Source: Candidatus Omnitrophota bacterium
Lineage (GTDB): Bacteria; Omnitrophota; Gorgyraeia; Zapsychrales; JANLHA01
Direction: 5' to 3'
DNA length: 64,000 nucleotides
NCBI GenBank assembly: GCA_963662715.1
Contig: OY759724.1
Coordinates: 730,662 to 794,661, forward strand
Position 1 is the first letter of the stretch, and each line of letters begins with the position of its first letter. Of the stretch, positions 1 to 10,800 are shown in pieces. Position numbers and translations under genes: made by a program. The notes below the pieces were generated by a model. That model saw only the letters and a program-made list of their open reading frames with translations. It did no database searches and had not been told where the DNA came from.

Positions 1-1032
1 GATAGCCGCATCTTTCGACTGGGACTGGAAAGTGTTGTCGTCATTGAAAGGATATGGAGGGGCCACAATCCGCACCCCGATCTGAAATCCCCGGCGGGTT
101 TTAAAAGTGTTAAGGGAACCCTCTGCCAGCTGAAAAAGAAAATCAGAAATAGGGATGAGGATTCCTTCCTGCTGAATGCTGATCGTCGGATATCCAAAGC
201 GTGATGTGAACTCCAAAGGATAAATCCCTTGAGCGTTAACAATACAGTTGATATCGATATATCCGACATAATGTTCTTCCTGAAGCTTTTTTTCCATCTT
301 TTTAAGCGTAGCGTTAAAAATCCTGTTCGCTCCGCTCCAGTACATAAACGTGCCCATCTCTCCTGTCGAAGGGCCGATATTCCCGGGAAAAAGTTTTTTG
401 TGTTCAAAGTTGATATTAATGGGAAACGCGAATTCTTTTCCGTTGAAAAAGGCGCCTACGGCAACTTCAACACCGGCCATCCTTTTTTGCAGCTGAAAAA
501 TCTTGATTTCATTAAACCAGGCTTTTTTGTAAGCTTCCAAAACCTGAATAATATCTTTGCCGTCTTCTTCCTGCCCGACAAAAAGCAGGCGTTTGATATT
601 TTGAGCCTCACCGCTGGGTTTGATCACGTAACGGGAAGGATTGGCTTTCACGTAGGAAACGGCATCATCAAAAGAAGAAAATTCCATAAAGGGGATAATA
701 TTAATACCCGCGGATTTCATCTCCTGTTGCCCAAAGGTCCGGTCATCCTCCAGCCTGTCTGTATACGGGGTGCCTCCTATAACGTATTTCCCTTTACGTC
801 TAAGATCCTGAGCCAGATGTCCGAACCCGAGGACATCATCAAAAACAATCACGTCGGCCCATTCGATATCCCGGGTCCAGTCATCCGTTTTCGGGACAAA
901 ACCATCGGCAACATCCTTGGCGGACTCATTCTTAATAAAATATTTAACGTCATGTCCTTGATTTACGACCTGCCAGGCAATATCATTGATCAAGGCGTCA
1001 TAAGAAACAAATAAAAATTTCTTTTTATCCAC
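1..1032 (-). CDS. ATP-grasp protein of the phosphoribosylamine--glycine ligase (PurD) family, 5' part only (gene runs off window start); GTG start at 1030-1032
   Basis: Reverse-complement translation gives VDKKKFLF... with PurD-like ATP-grasp motifs (VIKPSGEA, GNIGPSTGEMGT cf. PurD GPNTGGMGA, EFTSRFGYP cf. EFNCRFGDPE); GGAGGAG RBS 6 nt upstream of GTG. The + strand ORF 229..1014 is its antisense artefact. Confidence 0.6.
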   Translation of the reverse strand, partial: MDKKKFLFVSYDALINDIAWQVVNQGHDVKYFIKNESAKDVADGFVPKTDDWTRDIEWADVIVFDDVLGFGHLAQDLRRKGKYVIGGTPYTDRLEDDRTFGQQEMKSAGINIIPFMEFSSFDDAVSYVKANPSRYVIKPSGEAQNIKRLLFVGQEEDGKDIIQVLEAYKKAWFNEIKIFQLQKRMAGVEVAVGAFFNGKEFAFPININFEHKKLFPGNIGPSTGEMGTFMYWSGANRIFNATLKKMEKKLQEEHYVGYIDINCIVNAQGIYPLEFTSRFGYPTISIQQEGILIPISDFLFQLAEGSLNTFKTRRGFQIGVRIVAPPYPFNDDNTFQSQSKDAAI

Positions 1033-1112
1033 CTGTCTGCTCCTCCCGCAAAGACCCTATCCGGTCATACCCAAAGCCAGTTCAATAAAATCCACGGGCG
1101 CTCCCCTCCCGT

Positions 1113-2207
1113 CTACTCATCTCCGAAACAGGTCCCGACAGAACGCGCCGAACGGATAAGCAGATGATTGTTCGAAATAAGCCTCGGGCCAATCGCCACC
1201 TCCTGCAGCGGGACATCGATGACCTGCCCTCCTTTGAGGCCCACCATATATCCGAACTTTTTATTCTGAATCATATCAACGACCTGTGTGCCGAACTGTG
1301 TTGCCAGCACCCGGTCGTAGGCACTCGGAGAGCCGCCCCGCTGCAGGTGTCCCATGACAACGGCCCGCGCCTCCAATCCGGTCATTTTTTCGATCTGGTC
1401 CACCAGGACAAAACTGACCCCGCCCAAACGCACCGGCTCCGAGGCATCTTTCACGATTTTTTTCACAACCACTGCTCCGCCCTTTGGTTTGGCGCCCTCA
1501 GCGACAACGATGATACTAAATCGCTTTCCTTTTTTACTTCTTTCCTTGACCCGGCTGGCAATCACATCTATATCATAAGGGATCTCGGGGATAAGGATAA
1601 TGTCCCCGCCCCCGGCAATCCCGGCGTACAAAGCAATCCATCCAGCTGTCCGCCCCATCACCTCTAAAACCATGACCCGATGGTGGGACTGGGCTGTCGT
1701 ATGAAGCCGGTCGATACCCTCCGTGGCGATCTCCACCGCCGTATCAAAACCAAACGTCACTTCCGTTCCCCGGATATCGTTATCGATCGTCTTAGGCACC
1801 CCCACGATCGGTATGCCGTCCTCGAATAAATGATGGGCGATTTTCAAAGTTCCGTCCCCGCCGATGCAGACAAGACAACACACACCGAGCTCCTTGATAG
1901 TCTTTATGACTTTCTTGGAAACATCTTTGGGGGTCGCTGACTTGTCTTTGGGATCGATGTATTTATAAGGATTCGCTTTATTAGACGTCCCCAGAATCGT
2001 CCCGCCCAAAGTCAGGATACCGGAAACGGCTTGATAGTCCAAATGACGGTACCGGTGCTTGATCAAACCTTCATAACCGTCTTCAATTCCGATAACCTCG
2101 AGCCCAAGATCCAAGATGGCTTTTTTCGTTACGGCCCGGATGACCCCGTTTAACCCCGGGCAGTCTCCCCCGCCGGTTAAAACTGCTATTTTCTTTTTCA
2201 CCGTCAT
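1113..2207 (-). CDS. pfkA: ATP-dependent 6-phosphofructokinase
   Basis: 364 aa; N-terminal GGGDCPGLNGVIR, GGDGTL, MGR, GHLQRGG motifs typical of PfkA family; GAGGTG RBS. Confidence 0.9.
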   Translation of the reverse strand: MTVKKKIAVLTGGGDCPGLNGVIRAVTKKAILDLGLEVIGIEDGYEGLIKHRYRHLDYQAVSGILTLGGTILGTSNKANPYKYIDPKDKSATPKDVSKKVIKTIKELGVCCLVCIGGDGTLKIAHHLFEDGIPIVGVPKTIDNDIRGTEVTFGFDTAVEIATEGIDRLHTTAQSHHRVMVLEVMGRTAGWIALYAGIAGGGDIILIPEIPYDIDVIASRVKERSKKGKRFSIIVVAEGAKPKGGAVVVKKIVKDASEPVRLGGVSFVLVDQIEKMTGLEARAVVMGHLQRGGSPSAYDRVLATQFGTQVVDMIQNKKFGYMVGLKGGQVIDVPLQEVAIGPRLISNNHLLIRSARSVGTCFGDE

Positions 2208-2347
2208 AAAACACCTCTTTCTTTTATCAAATCATTCCTTGTTTTTATTTCTTTATCATTACCGCAAATAACGACAAGAGCCTCGACAGACTCCCTTTCT
2301 GTTCCTTTCTCCATCGCGGATATAGCCCCATCATAATAGAACAATCA

Positions 2348-4141
2348 TCAATCGTCAATGTTTGCTTCCGGGACATCCCTGCCGGACGACAGCATCAGTC
2401 GTTGCAGCTTCTGCAGATCTTCTTGAGCTTTAAGAATCTTTTCGGCCTGCTGATAAACCCTTTGGGCTTCTTGATCCTGACGAAGGATTTTATGAACAAA
2501 AATCAAATAACCGAAATCGGAAACTCGCGGAGACTGGATCAAGTCTAAATTCTTTTGGAAATATATCAACGCCTGCCGAAACGCTCCCTTCCGGATCATG
2601 ACTTCCCCTAATCCTTTATACGGCAGATGAAAATACGGGTACCGCCGGACAGCTCTTCTAAAATAATATTCCGCAACTTGCGGCTCATCCAGCCGGCAAT
2701 ATCCGAGGAAACAAAAAACTCTCGGATCATCCGCGCCCAAGGCAAGGCTTTTTTCTAACGCCCACCGGGATAACTGACAATTTCCCCGTTTAAACGCCAA
2801 TATCCCCATTGTCTGGTAACCCGACTTGTCTTCCGGATAGGCCTTAACCAAGGCCCGTGCCAATACGTCATCGTTTTTCCAGACCGTATTTAAATAATTC
2901 AGTTTTAATAAACAGACCGCCACCATTCCTGCTTTCAAAATCAACCCCAGCCGCGGGTGACCGGAGGAAAAAGGACTCCTCTTTATCCCGCGGTCTATCA
3001 GCAGGCCCAAAGCGGCAAAAAAACCTATCGACGGGACATAGAGATATCGGTGAGCCACCGGGTTCACAAGAGGAATACTGTGAGAAACAGGGAAAAAAGC
3101 GGCCAGGAACCAAAACAAGAAAAAAGGCAAAGGGCCTTTTGTCTTTCTCATCTTGATGAGCATCGCCATGATAAGCATATAAAAAGCGCCACCCAGAATC
3201 ACGCTGACAAACGACAGGGAACTTAAAGGAAGTTTATAATCGCCGGGGACCACTTTAACTTTCCAGGGGAAAAGCATCTCCGTGCATTGGAAATAAAAAA
3301 TCTGTAAAACCTCCTGCAGGTGGATCAGGGGCCGGGCATGTATTTTCATCTGACTCAAAGTTGTGTTCGGGAAAACACAAAGATAAACATACAAGTAAAA
3401 ACAGGAAATGAGGCCGATTCCCATCAGAAAGGGCCGGGACCTTCGCAATCTATCCGCCGTCGTCCGCATATAATAAAGATATCCTCCGACAAGCAGCGGG
3501 AAGACGAGCGCGGATTCTTTTGTAAATAACGCCAAGAAGTACATCGCTAAAGAAACACACAAGAGAGGGACGCTCTGCCGGGGCAGATCCCCTCGCCCCC
3601 CACAATTACGGCTGGAAAGAACCGCCATTGCCCGTTCAGCCCGGATAAAACAGAGGAAAGCGGCAAGCAAAAAAAAGCAGGACAGGCTGTCGGCACGATA
3701 CCCGACCGTGGAAACAACCTCTGCTTTTGTCGGATGAACGGCAAACAAGCTGGTCCCGAACAAGGCCGCACTTTGGCTGTGCGACAGAAGCATAATGACA
3801 AAATAAACTGAAATGACATTCAGAATATGCAGAAACAGATTATGGGCGTGATATCCGAAAGGCGCCAGCGAACACAGCCAGCGCTCAAAAAAAAAGGTCA
3901 GGGACAGCACCGGGCGATAAGCGACCGAACCGGAACTAAAAATAATGGTATTCCCGAACAGAACGTCTTCCCCGCGGGTTAAATACTTGTCGTCGAATAA
4001 ATGGCGCAGGTGGCCCGGCTGGGCGTAAAAACGGTTATGAACGATAAAAGAGACTTCGTCACCGACAAATCCGTTAGAGAGGCTATTATGAAAGGCAAGA
4101 AATGTTAAAAGAATAAGGAATAAAATTGCTTTTGGCGCCAT
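2348..4141 (-). CDS. TMTC/PMT-like GT-C membrane glycosyltransferase with C-terminal TPR repeats (DUF1736-type)
   Basis: 597 aa, about 10 predicted TM helices in N-terminal half with YRPVLSLTFF...FGYHAHNLFLH and LFAVHPTKAEVV motifs shared with paralog at 59309..61081; C-terminal TPR-like repeats. Confidence 0.65.
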   Translation of the reverse strand: MAPKAILFLILLTFLAFHNSLSNGFVGDEVSFIVHNRFYAQPGHLRHLFDDKYLTRGEDVLFGNTIIFSSGSVAYRPVLSLTFFFERWLCSLAPFGYHAHNLFLHILNVISVYFVIMLLSHSQSAALFGTSLFAVHPTKAEVVSTVGYRADSLSCFFLLAAFLCFIRAERAMAVLSSRNCGGRGDLPRQSVPLLCVSLAMYFLALFTKESALVFPLLVGGYLYYMRTTADRLRRSRPFLMGIGLISCFYLYVYLCVFPNTTLSQMKIHARPLIHLQEVLQIFYFQCTEMLFPWKVKVVPGDYKLPLSSLSFVSVILGGAFYMLIMAMLIKMRKTKGPLPFFLFWFLAAFFPVSHSIPLVNPVAHRYLYVPSIGFFAALGLLIDRGIKRSPFSSGHPRLGLILKAGMVAVCLLKLNYLNTVWKNDDVLARALVKAYPEDKSGYQTMGILAFKRGNCQLSRWALEKSLALGADDPRVFCFLGYCRLDEPQVAEYYFRRAVRRYPYFHLPYKGLGEVMIRKGAFRQALIYFQKNLDLIQSPRVSDFGYLIFVHKILRQDQEAQRVYQQAEKILKAQEDLQKLQRLMLSSGRDVPEANIDD

Positions 4142-4213
4142 AACAATCTTCAGATTTCCGATAAAAAAAGCCCATGCCCGGGCAAAGCACAGGCCAGGAC
4201 AGCCCTGTAAAAC

Positions 4214-4603
4214 TTACGCAGGAGAGGCCGCGGGAGCATATTTTCCTTTGCCAAAAAATTCCACTAATTTTTCAGCGTAAAATTTGACAAATTTCCGCTC
4301 ATCAAATTTTATCGGATCAACAATCTTAACACCTACCCGGTAAAGCAACGGATAATCCGTCGGCCGGCCTTTTTCCTGTTCAACCCGTACGATTTTCGCA
4401 TGAAGTTCAATTTTCATATTAATCGGCAGTAAAAGAAACATCAGGAGTTCCTGCCGGATCTGCAGTTCTTCCGTTGTTATAAAAGCCACTCCCGTTCCGC
4501 TGATATCCAGCGTTGCCGTGTCGATGAGTTTTTTTCGGGGGGGAACCCTGAAGCTCATCGGAATTTCAAGTTTCATCCGGTGATATCGTCTTTTATCTGA
4601 CAT
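4214..4603 (-). CDS. PilZ domain protein (c-di-GMP receptor)
   Basis: 129 aa with RRYHR (RxxxR) and DISGTG (D/NxSxxG) PilZ signature motifs. Confidence 0.75.
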   Translation of the reverse strand: MSDKRRYHRMKLEIPMSFRVPPRKKLIDTATLDISGTGVAFITTEELQIRQELLMFLLLPINMKIELHAKIVRVEQEKGRPTDYPLLYRVGVKIVDPIKFDERKFVKFYAEKLVEFFGKGKYAPAASPA

Positions 4604-4760
4604 AAAAAAACCTCCTCTTTAAAAAATCCTGGTCAAAAAACCCAAAAGTCGGTAGATTCGAATTCTTTCCAAAAGGGCCGCAGCGAACAAGGCCCAGCGG
4701 GGCGCCATCACATACAATGTTCTTTTACCCGCCATTTTTCTGTTTCTTCACAGGCCCCTG

Positions 4761-5306
4761 TCAGGCCGCAGGCTTGCTTACGGTCTGACGGTCTTCCTGC
4801 TTCATCTGCACGACAATACCAACGGTCGCCAATAACACAAACAAAATAGGCTGCCAGGACACAACAATCTCACTGGACTCTAAAATAAAAAGAGCGCCGG
4901 CTAAGGACGTCAGGGCGATAATAACCGTGTCAAAAAGCATAAAAGACAGCGTGCCGCCGATAATCCCCCCGACAAGCAATAAGATGATAAAAGGCACGCT
5001 CGGGAATCCGAGAATAATCCAAAGGCTGTTCAGCAAATAGCCGCCACCAAGGAAACCCGCGTAAACGATGGCCACTTTCTGCATAAAGATCAGGAAAATC
5101 ACCCCTGCTGCCCCTAAAGCCGTTGCCAGGATAGCCTGAACCCAGATGGATTGGTTATAAAAAAATATTGTGCCTAACTGAAGCCCGACATAAAATCCCA
5201 TCGTACCGATAAAAAGCCAAAACAGCTTTCGCCCCAAAAACAGCAGTAAGGAACCGATAGCCAACTGAACTAGTCCTAGCCAGAAGAAATAATTCGTTAT
5301 CTCCAT
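4761..5306 (-). CDS. hypothetical polytopic membrane protein
   Basis: 181 aa, 5-6 hydrophobic helices, Gly-rich; no recognisable catalytic motif. Confidence 0.5.
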   Translation of the reverse strand: MEITNYFFWLGLVQLAIGSLLLFLGRKLFWLFIGTMGFYVGLQLGTIFFYNQSIWVQAILATALGAAGVIFLIFMQKVAIVYAGFLGGGYLLNSLWIILGFPSVPFIILLLVGGIIGGTLSFMLFDTVIIALTSLAGALFILESSEIVVSWQPILFVLLATVGIVVQMKQEDRQTVSKPAA

Positions 5307-5315
5307 ATACGACTC

Positions 5316-5897
5316 CTATCTTAACTGGTTATATCGAAAACAGGCCACAACGTGATCATTGACCATTCCGATGGCCTGCATAAAAGCATAACAGATAGTG
5401 GACCCGACAAATTTAAAACCTCTTTTCTTGAGATCACGGCTCATCGCATCAGATTCGGCCGTTTTTACCGGGATGTCTTTGACATGCTTAAAAGAATTGA
5501 TTTTGGGTGAATCATGCACAAACTGCCAAATGTACCGGTCAAAGCTGCCGAATTCTTTCTGCACGGCCAGAAACGCCTTGGCATTGGAGACAGCTGCGGC
5601 AATTTTTAACCGGTTACGGATGATTCCGGCGTTTCGGAGCAATTGCTGAATTTTCTTTTGATCATAACAGGCTATCTTGGCGGCATGGAAACCATCAAAA
5701 GCTGTGCGGAAATTTTCGCGCTTCTTTAAGATTGTCAGCCAGCTCAAACCCGCCTGCATGCCCTCCAGAATCAGGAATTCAAACAACAAACGGTCATCAT
5801 GGACAGGAACGCCCCATTCCTGGTCATGATATTTGATATAAAGAGGGTCTGTTCCGGGCCAGGGGCATCTCTTGTGATCCAAAATAACGTCATTCAT
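5316..5897 (-). CDS. tag: DNA-3-methyladenine glycosylase I
   Basis: 193 aa with CPW, YHDQEWGVP, zinc-binding Cys/His pattern characteristic of Tag. Confidence 0.9.
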   Translation of the reverse strand: MNDVILDHKRCPWPGTDPLYIKYHDQEWGVPVHDDRLLFEFLILEGMQAGLSWLTILKKRENFRTAFDGFHAAKIACYDQKKIQQLLRNAGIIRNRLKIAAAVSNAKAFLAVQKEFGSFDRYIWQFVHDSPKINSFKHVKDIPVKTAESDAMSRDLKKRGFKFVGSTICYAFMQAIGMVNDHVVACFRYNQLR

Positions 5898-6022
5898 GAG
5901 TAAGATTCTTTTCTGCCCTCTTAATAGTGTGCAATTTTTTCAGGCATGAAAAATTGGATTATCCGATCCAACTATGCTATTTTATTAAGGAATTATTATC
6001 TTCATTTATTATATTTCTTATT

Positions 6023-7777
6023 ATGAAAAAATCGATCATTTTATTATTCATCTTCCTGAGCCAGTATGCTTTTGCTTACGCAGACGATATTCAGCTGGAA
6101 ACCGGAGAGTCCCTTTCCTGCCTTTTCCTGGATAGGACCGGTTCGGAAATCTTTCTGGATTGTCAAAATGACGGGTTACAATCATACGCCATTACGAAAG
6201 TCCGGAGTGTTAACGGAGAGAAGGTCCTCCCCGTTGATGACAAACTCTTGTCCTGGATAAAATCTCAGCAAAGCTCCTTCACTCAGATGCCTCTGAGTTT
6301 TGACATCCTTGATCAGGAAAGAATGGATTCGTATAAACGCATGGGAGAGCCTGACTCTATCACAGGGATCATTGAACGCCTCATTGTGGAAGAAGGAATG
6401 TCCGTGTATGATACGGCCGTCCGGCAGATTGCCTTGACGATGATCGGCGGTCTTCAGAACCTGAAGTCCGCCTACCTTCCCATTCAGACATATTGGGACG
6501 GACACCTAAGACAACTGATCAACATCCGGGCCGGTTACCCCTCGCAGCCGTTTATTTATGATCCTTTTCAACCGGAAAGAGTCAGTTCTGATTTGTCCGA
6601 GAAAGGCAAACGGGGGTTTCTCTTCCGCATCATTAACGCCCACGGCCTTTATGACTCCCAAGATCCTCTGGATGGCAAAGAACGGTTCGTCGGGTTTCCT
6701 AACTGGCCAACGATCCATTGGGAAGACTGGAAACCTATTGCCGGAGAAAACGCCTGGGTTGTCATTGCCGCAATGCATCTGCACAAAAAAAGATATCTGA
6801 AAAAACCGGATCATAACCCGGACCGCTCTCTGGATACGGTTGAAATGCGGTTGGCAAAGGAAATCGCCAGGGCAGCCCAACTGCTACAAGCTCCTAACGG
6901 AGGAATCCGCATGGCGCCTATCGGCACGTACACGCCTATTGTCACGATTGATAAAAATTCCAGCCTTGAAGAAATTTCCCAAACGCTGGATGCTCTTGCA
7001 CGCTACGAACCTTCCGTGAAAGAAAAAAATCCCGTCAATCAACTCTTTGAGAACGGAATGGTTGTCAATGACCAATACATGCCGGAAGAGCTCACGTGGT
7101 ATTACAATGAAATATCAACGGAAAATAATCTGTCCTGGTACACGGCTTTCCGCATGTTGTACGAAGTCACCGGAGAGGAGCGGTATAAAAAATCCATGGA
7201 AGATATCGAAAAATACTTCCGGTCGGCCTGGAACGCCTCCGAATATTATTTCTATCAAGGGATGCATTTCCGTTTTGGGACATGGTTCCCCAACAATGAA
7301 CACTTTGCCACTGATGTGCAGAACTGGGCGGTAGCAGCTCTGGGGCCCCAGAAAATCGACGCCTGGTTTGGGGAAGGAACGGCATTTAAAATATGGCAAA
7401 AGACGAAGAATATATCCGGGAACTTCAATCAGCAGCATAAAATCCGCGGGGTAGGCTTCACCACGGAGCATGACCGCATTTCCATTGAATGGACCGTAGG
7501 CGCAATATTTGCGACGAGGAGTTTAGCGGAATATTATAAAAAAAGTCACCCGGACTGGGCTGAGGAAGCCGCCCAAGACGCTCAAAACATGCGCAGCAGC
7601 ATGGAATCCTTCCGCATTGAAATTTCTGATCAAGAAGCCGCTTACGCCTATTCTTCCAGGCGGGGGTGGATTCCCTTTGGCTGGTTTTCTCATGACCCCA
7701 ACATCATCAGCTTAGTCTCGACGTGTTGGATCATACTCGCCGATGCGGACTACAATCCGTTCTTCCTGCCGGAATAA
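6023..7777 (+). CDS. secreted hypothetical protein (possibly alpha/alpha-barrel glycoside-hydrolase-like)
   Basis: ORF 5927..7777; chosen start ATG 6023 gives classic signal peptide MKKSIILLFIFLSQYAFAYA; no confident family assignment. Confidence 0.55.
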   Translation: MKKSIILLFIFLSQYAFAYADDIQLETGESLSCLFLDRTGSEIFLDCQNDGLQSYAITKVRSVNGEKVLPVDDKLLSWIKSQQSSFTQMPLSFDILDQERMDSYKRMGEPDSITGIIERLIVEEGMSVYDTAVRQIALTMIGGLQNLKSAYLPIQTYWDGHLRQLINIRAGYPSQPFIYDPFQPERVSSDLSEKGKRGFLFRIINAHGLYDSQDPLDGKERFVGFPNWPTIHWEDWKPIAGENAWVVIAAMHLHKKRYLKKPDHNPDRSLDTVEMRLAKEIARAAQLLQAPNGGIRMAPIGTYTPIVTIDKNSSLEEISQTLDALARYEPSVKEKNPVNQLFENGMVVNDQYMPEELTWYYNEISTENNLSWYTAFRMLYEVTGEERYKKSMEDIEKYFRSAWNASEYYFYQGMHFRFGTWFPNNEHFATDVQNWAVAALGPQKIDAWFGEGTAFKIWQKTKNISGNFNQQHKIRGVGFTTEHDRISIEWTVGAIFATRSLAEYYKKSHPDWAEEAAQDAQNMRSSMESFRIEISDQEAAYAYSSRRGWIPFGWFSHDPNIISLVSTCWIILADADYNPFFLPE

Positions 7778-7807
7778 TCGGAAAGCCGGCAACGTTCAGC
7801 GCCGTTA

Positions 7808-10800
7808 TTAATCCTCTTTTTCATCCACCTTATCAATGATACTTAACCGCGCTTCAGAGCTGTTCGCCCGGATCTCCGGCACATACATGGCATGGACCTG
7901 ATTAGGCATCCCGTGAAAATCTCCCGGGATTTCGGCACGGAGCTCATAGGTGATCTTATGTTTTCCCTGCGGAAGTTCTGTAATAAAAAAGGCCGCTTTC
8001 TGGTCGCGGAATTCCTTATAAAGCCAGACCTGCCTGCCCTGGGCCTCCTCGTCTTCATCTAAAGTCACGGCATATCCGCTGCCGCTTTTTAACTCTGTCG
8101 CTTCAAAACCGGCGGGCTTGTAATCTTCCACAACCAGATATTCGTAATGATTTTTGGCTTCCAATTGGATCTCAACCCGCACCCGGTCCCCGCTCATTAA
8201 CCGGTCACCTATCTCCAGGGGCTGCCATTCGTCTTTATACCCCTTCAGCAATGTCTCTTTTTGCGACTGCCGGGAATACGTGCGTTTCACAAAGACCTCG
8301 TTTCCGGCAGGGGAAATATTTTCTTCCAGAGTGAAATATTTCAAATACCCGGACAGATATAAAGCCCCTTCCCCTTTCATGGCGACTGTCACCTGATTAG
8401 AACCGTTTTTCAGATACTCTTGCGGAACGGTAATGTTACGGTTATAAGTAAACAGGTTCGCCCGGCTGACATGCCCTTTCGTTAAGGATTGACCGTTGAC
8501 AAACACTTCATAATCAAAATCCGGCGTTAGCTCCAACGTCGTTTTTAAATAATCCGCCAAACCCAAAATAGCAACAGCCGTATCCCGGGTATTTTTCCAC
8601 CTTGCTCCCCGCCGGTTTAAGGCGAGCCATTTGACGGCTGACTCCAAATGAGGACTTTGCGGGTCAATGTTCGCCAGCGCTTTAATGACAAAGGCCGTCG
8701 CTTCAACCCCGCCTTCACTCCAGCGGTAATTTACGCCGGATTCTCCCCAATGAACCGTTCCGTTTTCCGGATCTTCCTGCATCCCGTTCACCAAATTCCG
8801 GGCCAAAACCCGGGCATTATCCAAACGGCCCCGCTGGAACTCAGATAAAGCAAACAAGGCCCGTGTATAGGGGTTAAGCTGATCCCGCATATCCCAAAGA
8901 CGCTGGCTTTGTTTTTCTTCATACCGGCTGTTGGACCTCGTCCCGGCCAAAGCATGCAGCATCCATGCCAGCATATCCGGATTATCCTCTTCCTCAACGA
9001 GTTCTTTCTGCAGGAAATTCACGGCCCGGGCAATCACTCCGCCTTCAATTTTTATTCCGGCCTGCTGGGCCAACGACAGCCCCCAGGTCACATAAGCCGT
9101 CATAAAACGGTTGCTGTCATCTTCTTTCCACCAACCCCAGCCGCCGTCCTCATGTTGAAACTCATATAATCTTTTAACGGCTTTCTCGGTAACGGCATTG
9201 AGCTGCTGCAGAGAGGCGTGCTGGGACATATGAGGATAAGCCGGGTCTCCCCGCGGCTCCATGACATCGCTGATATAGGCCGAAACTTCATCCCGGGAAA
9301 AGCCTAGTTGATGTAAAGTTTTGGCGACGATAACCGAGGGCAGGAAACGGCTCATGGTCTGCTCCACGCAGCCGTAAGGATAATTCGCAAGATACGGCAA
9401 AGCATCCAGCATGGCCGCGGCCATAGACGGCGACATCACGAGCTCTAAAGAGGTCGACTCTTTCATGCGCTCCGCAGGGACGTGCAGAACAAACTCGGCA
9501 CGATCTTCTTTATCCCCGGCGGATTTCAGGCTCAAGCTCTTGGCAATAAACTTCTCGATCCCGTGAGGAATGACCGGATAGACTTTTTTCATGGCGTCAG
9601 CCTCATCAGCGGCCTGGGCCATGACGGTTATATCGGCCTGGCCGGCCAAAGGCGCCGCACAAATCCAGTCTACCCGCTGCTCTCCTTGGGACGGGACTGT
9701 CACCCAGGCCTCAGGAGCGTCCATCACCTGCAAACCCTTGGCATCAAGACTCACTTTGATCTTCTGTTCCTGATCAGTATAATTATGAACATTGGCTGAA
9801 ATGGTGACTTTGTCCCGTTCGGTAAAAAAACGCGGAGCCTGCAAGCGGACAATCACGTCTTTGTTTGTCCTTACCTCATGAGTGATATTCCCTATTTTCG
9901 TTCCCCGTGTCATGGCACGCGCTGTCGTCTGCCAGGTCGTCAGCGAATCAGGAAAACGGGCTTTTATCTCCGCCCGGCCGTCTTCATTCGTCATCAACAC
10001 CGGCTGCCAAAATACCGTTGAACGGAAATCAGCCCTCACTTCAGGAGTCGCAAGACCGGCATCATCGCCCAGAACCGCCCCTATTTCGTCCATCTCCATC
10101 AAGGCTTCTTCCCTGGGGGCCGAAAGAGCCGGGCTGGCCAGACCTTTCATTTTGCCGACCACCGCTCTGCTGGATTTAACCTCCATGTCCGACATTTCTT
10201 TGCTGAGCTCACCGGCGACTCCTTCCCCGAACACCATCCCCCCGCTCGCGGCATCAAGCGTTTGAACCTGGACGCTGTAATCTAAACGGTGTTCGTTTTT
10301 CTTGTCCGCATCTTTTATCAAGCTCCTCCGGAAACGTTCATCTTCCGTGATAATCTGTCCGTTCTCATCCCGGACGAGCAGCTGGTAACGTTTTTGGTTA
10401 AAACTCGTCTGGGTCTGCACGGACAGCTGTCTTTTTTCCCCGAAGAAAAATTCCCGGATATCCTTGGCATATTCACTCTGGATATAAAAAACGCTCTTGT
10501 CCACCATGCCTAAAGCCACTTCAGCCACAACAGGCTGCCCTTTATGATCCGTCACTTCTACTTCAAAGGCCCCTTCTTCGCGAGGGCCATAGGATTCCTT
10601 ATCTGCTATAATCTTAACATTAAGGAATTTCTCCTCCGGAGGAACGACAATCGGCAGAGAATACATCTTTAACTGATAATGGTCCGCAGAAACAGCATTA
10701 AAAAACATATTGGGGATAAAATAATCCTGAACGGGGACCTCGATCAGCTTAACCGGCCCGGTCAAATGCAGCAGTTGATAATTATGAATTTCCTGCGTCT

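Noticed and set aside
229-1014. 261-aa + strand ORF (Phe/Lys/Asn-rich)
   Set aside because: Antisense to the well-supported PurD-like ATP-grasp gene on the minus strand (complement <1..1032, with RBS and GTG start). The translation is low complexity with no motifs.
1164-1667. 167-aa + ORF
   Set aside because: Lies entirely inside pfkA on the opposite strand; no RBS or domain.
5927-6022. Upstream extension of the 584-aa secreted protein ORF
   Set aside because: The internal ATG at 6023 yields a canonical signal peptide, whereas the extension adds a hydrophobic/odd N-terminus without an RBS.
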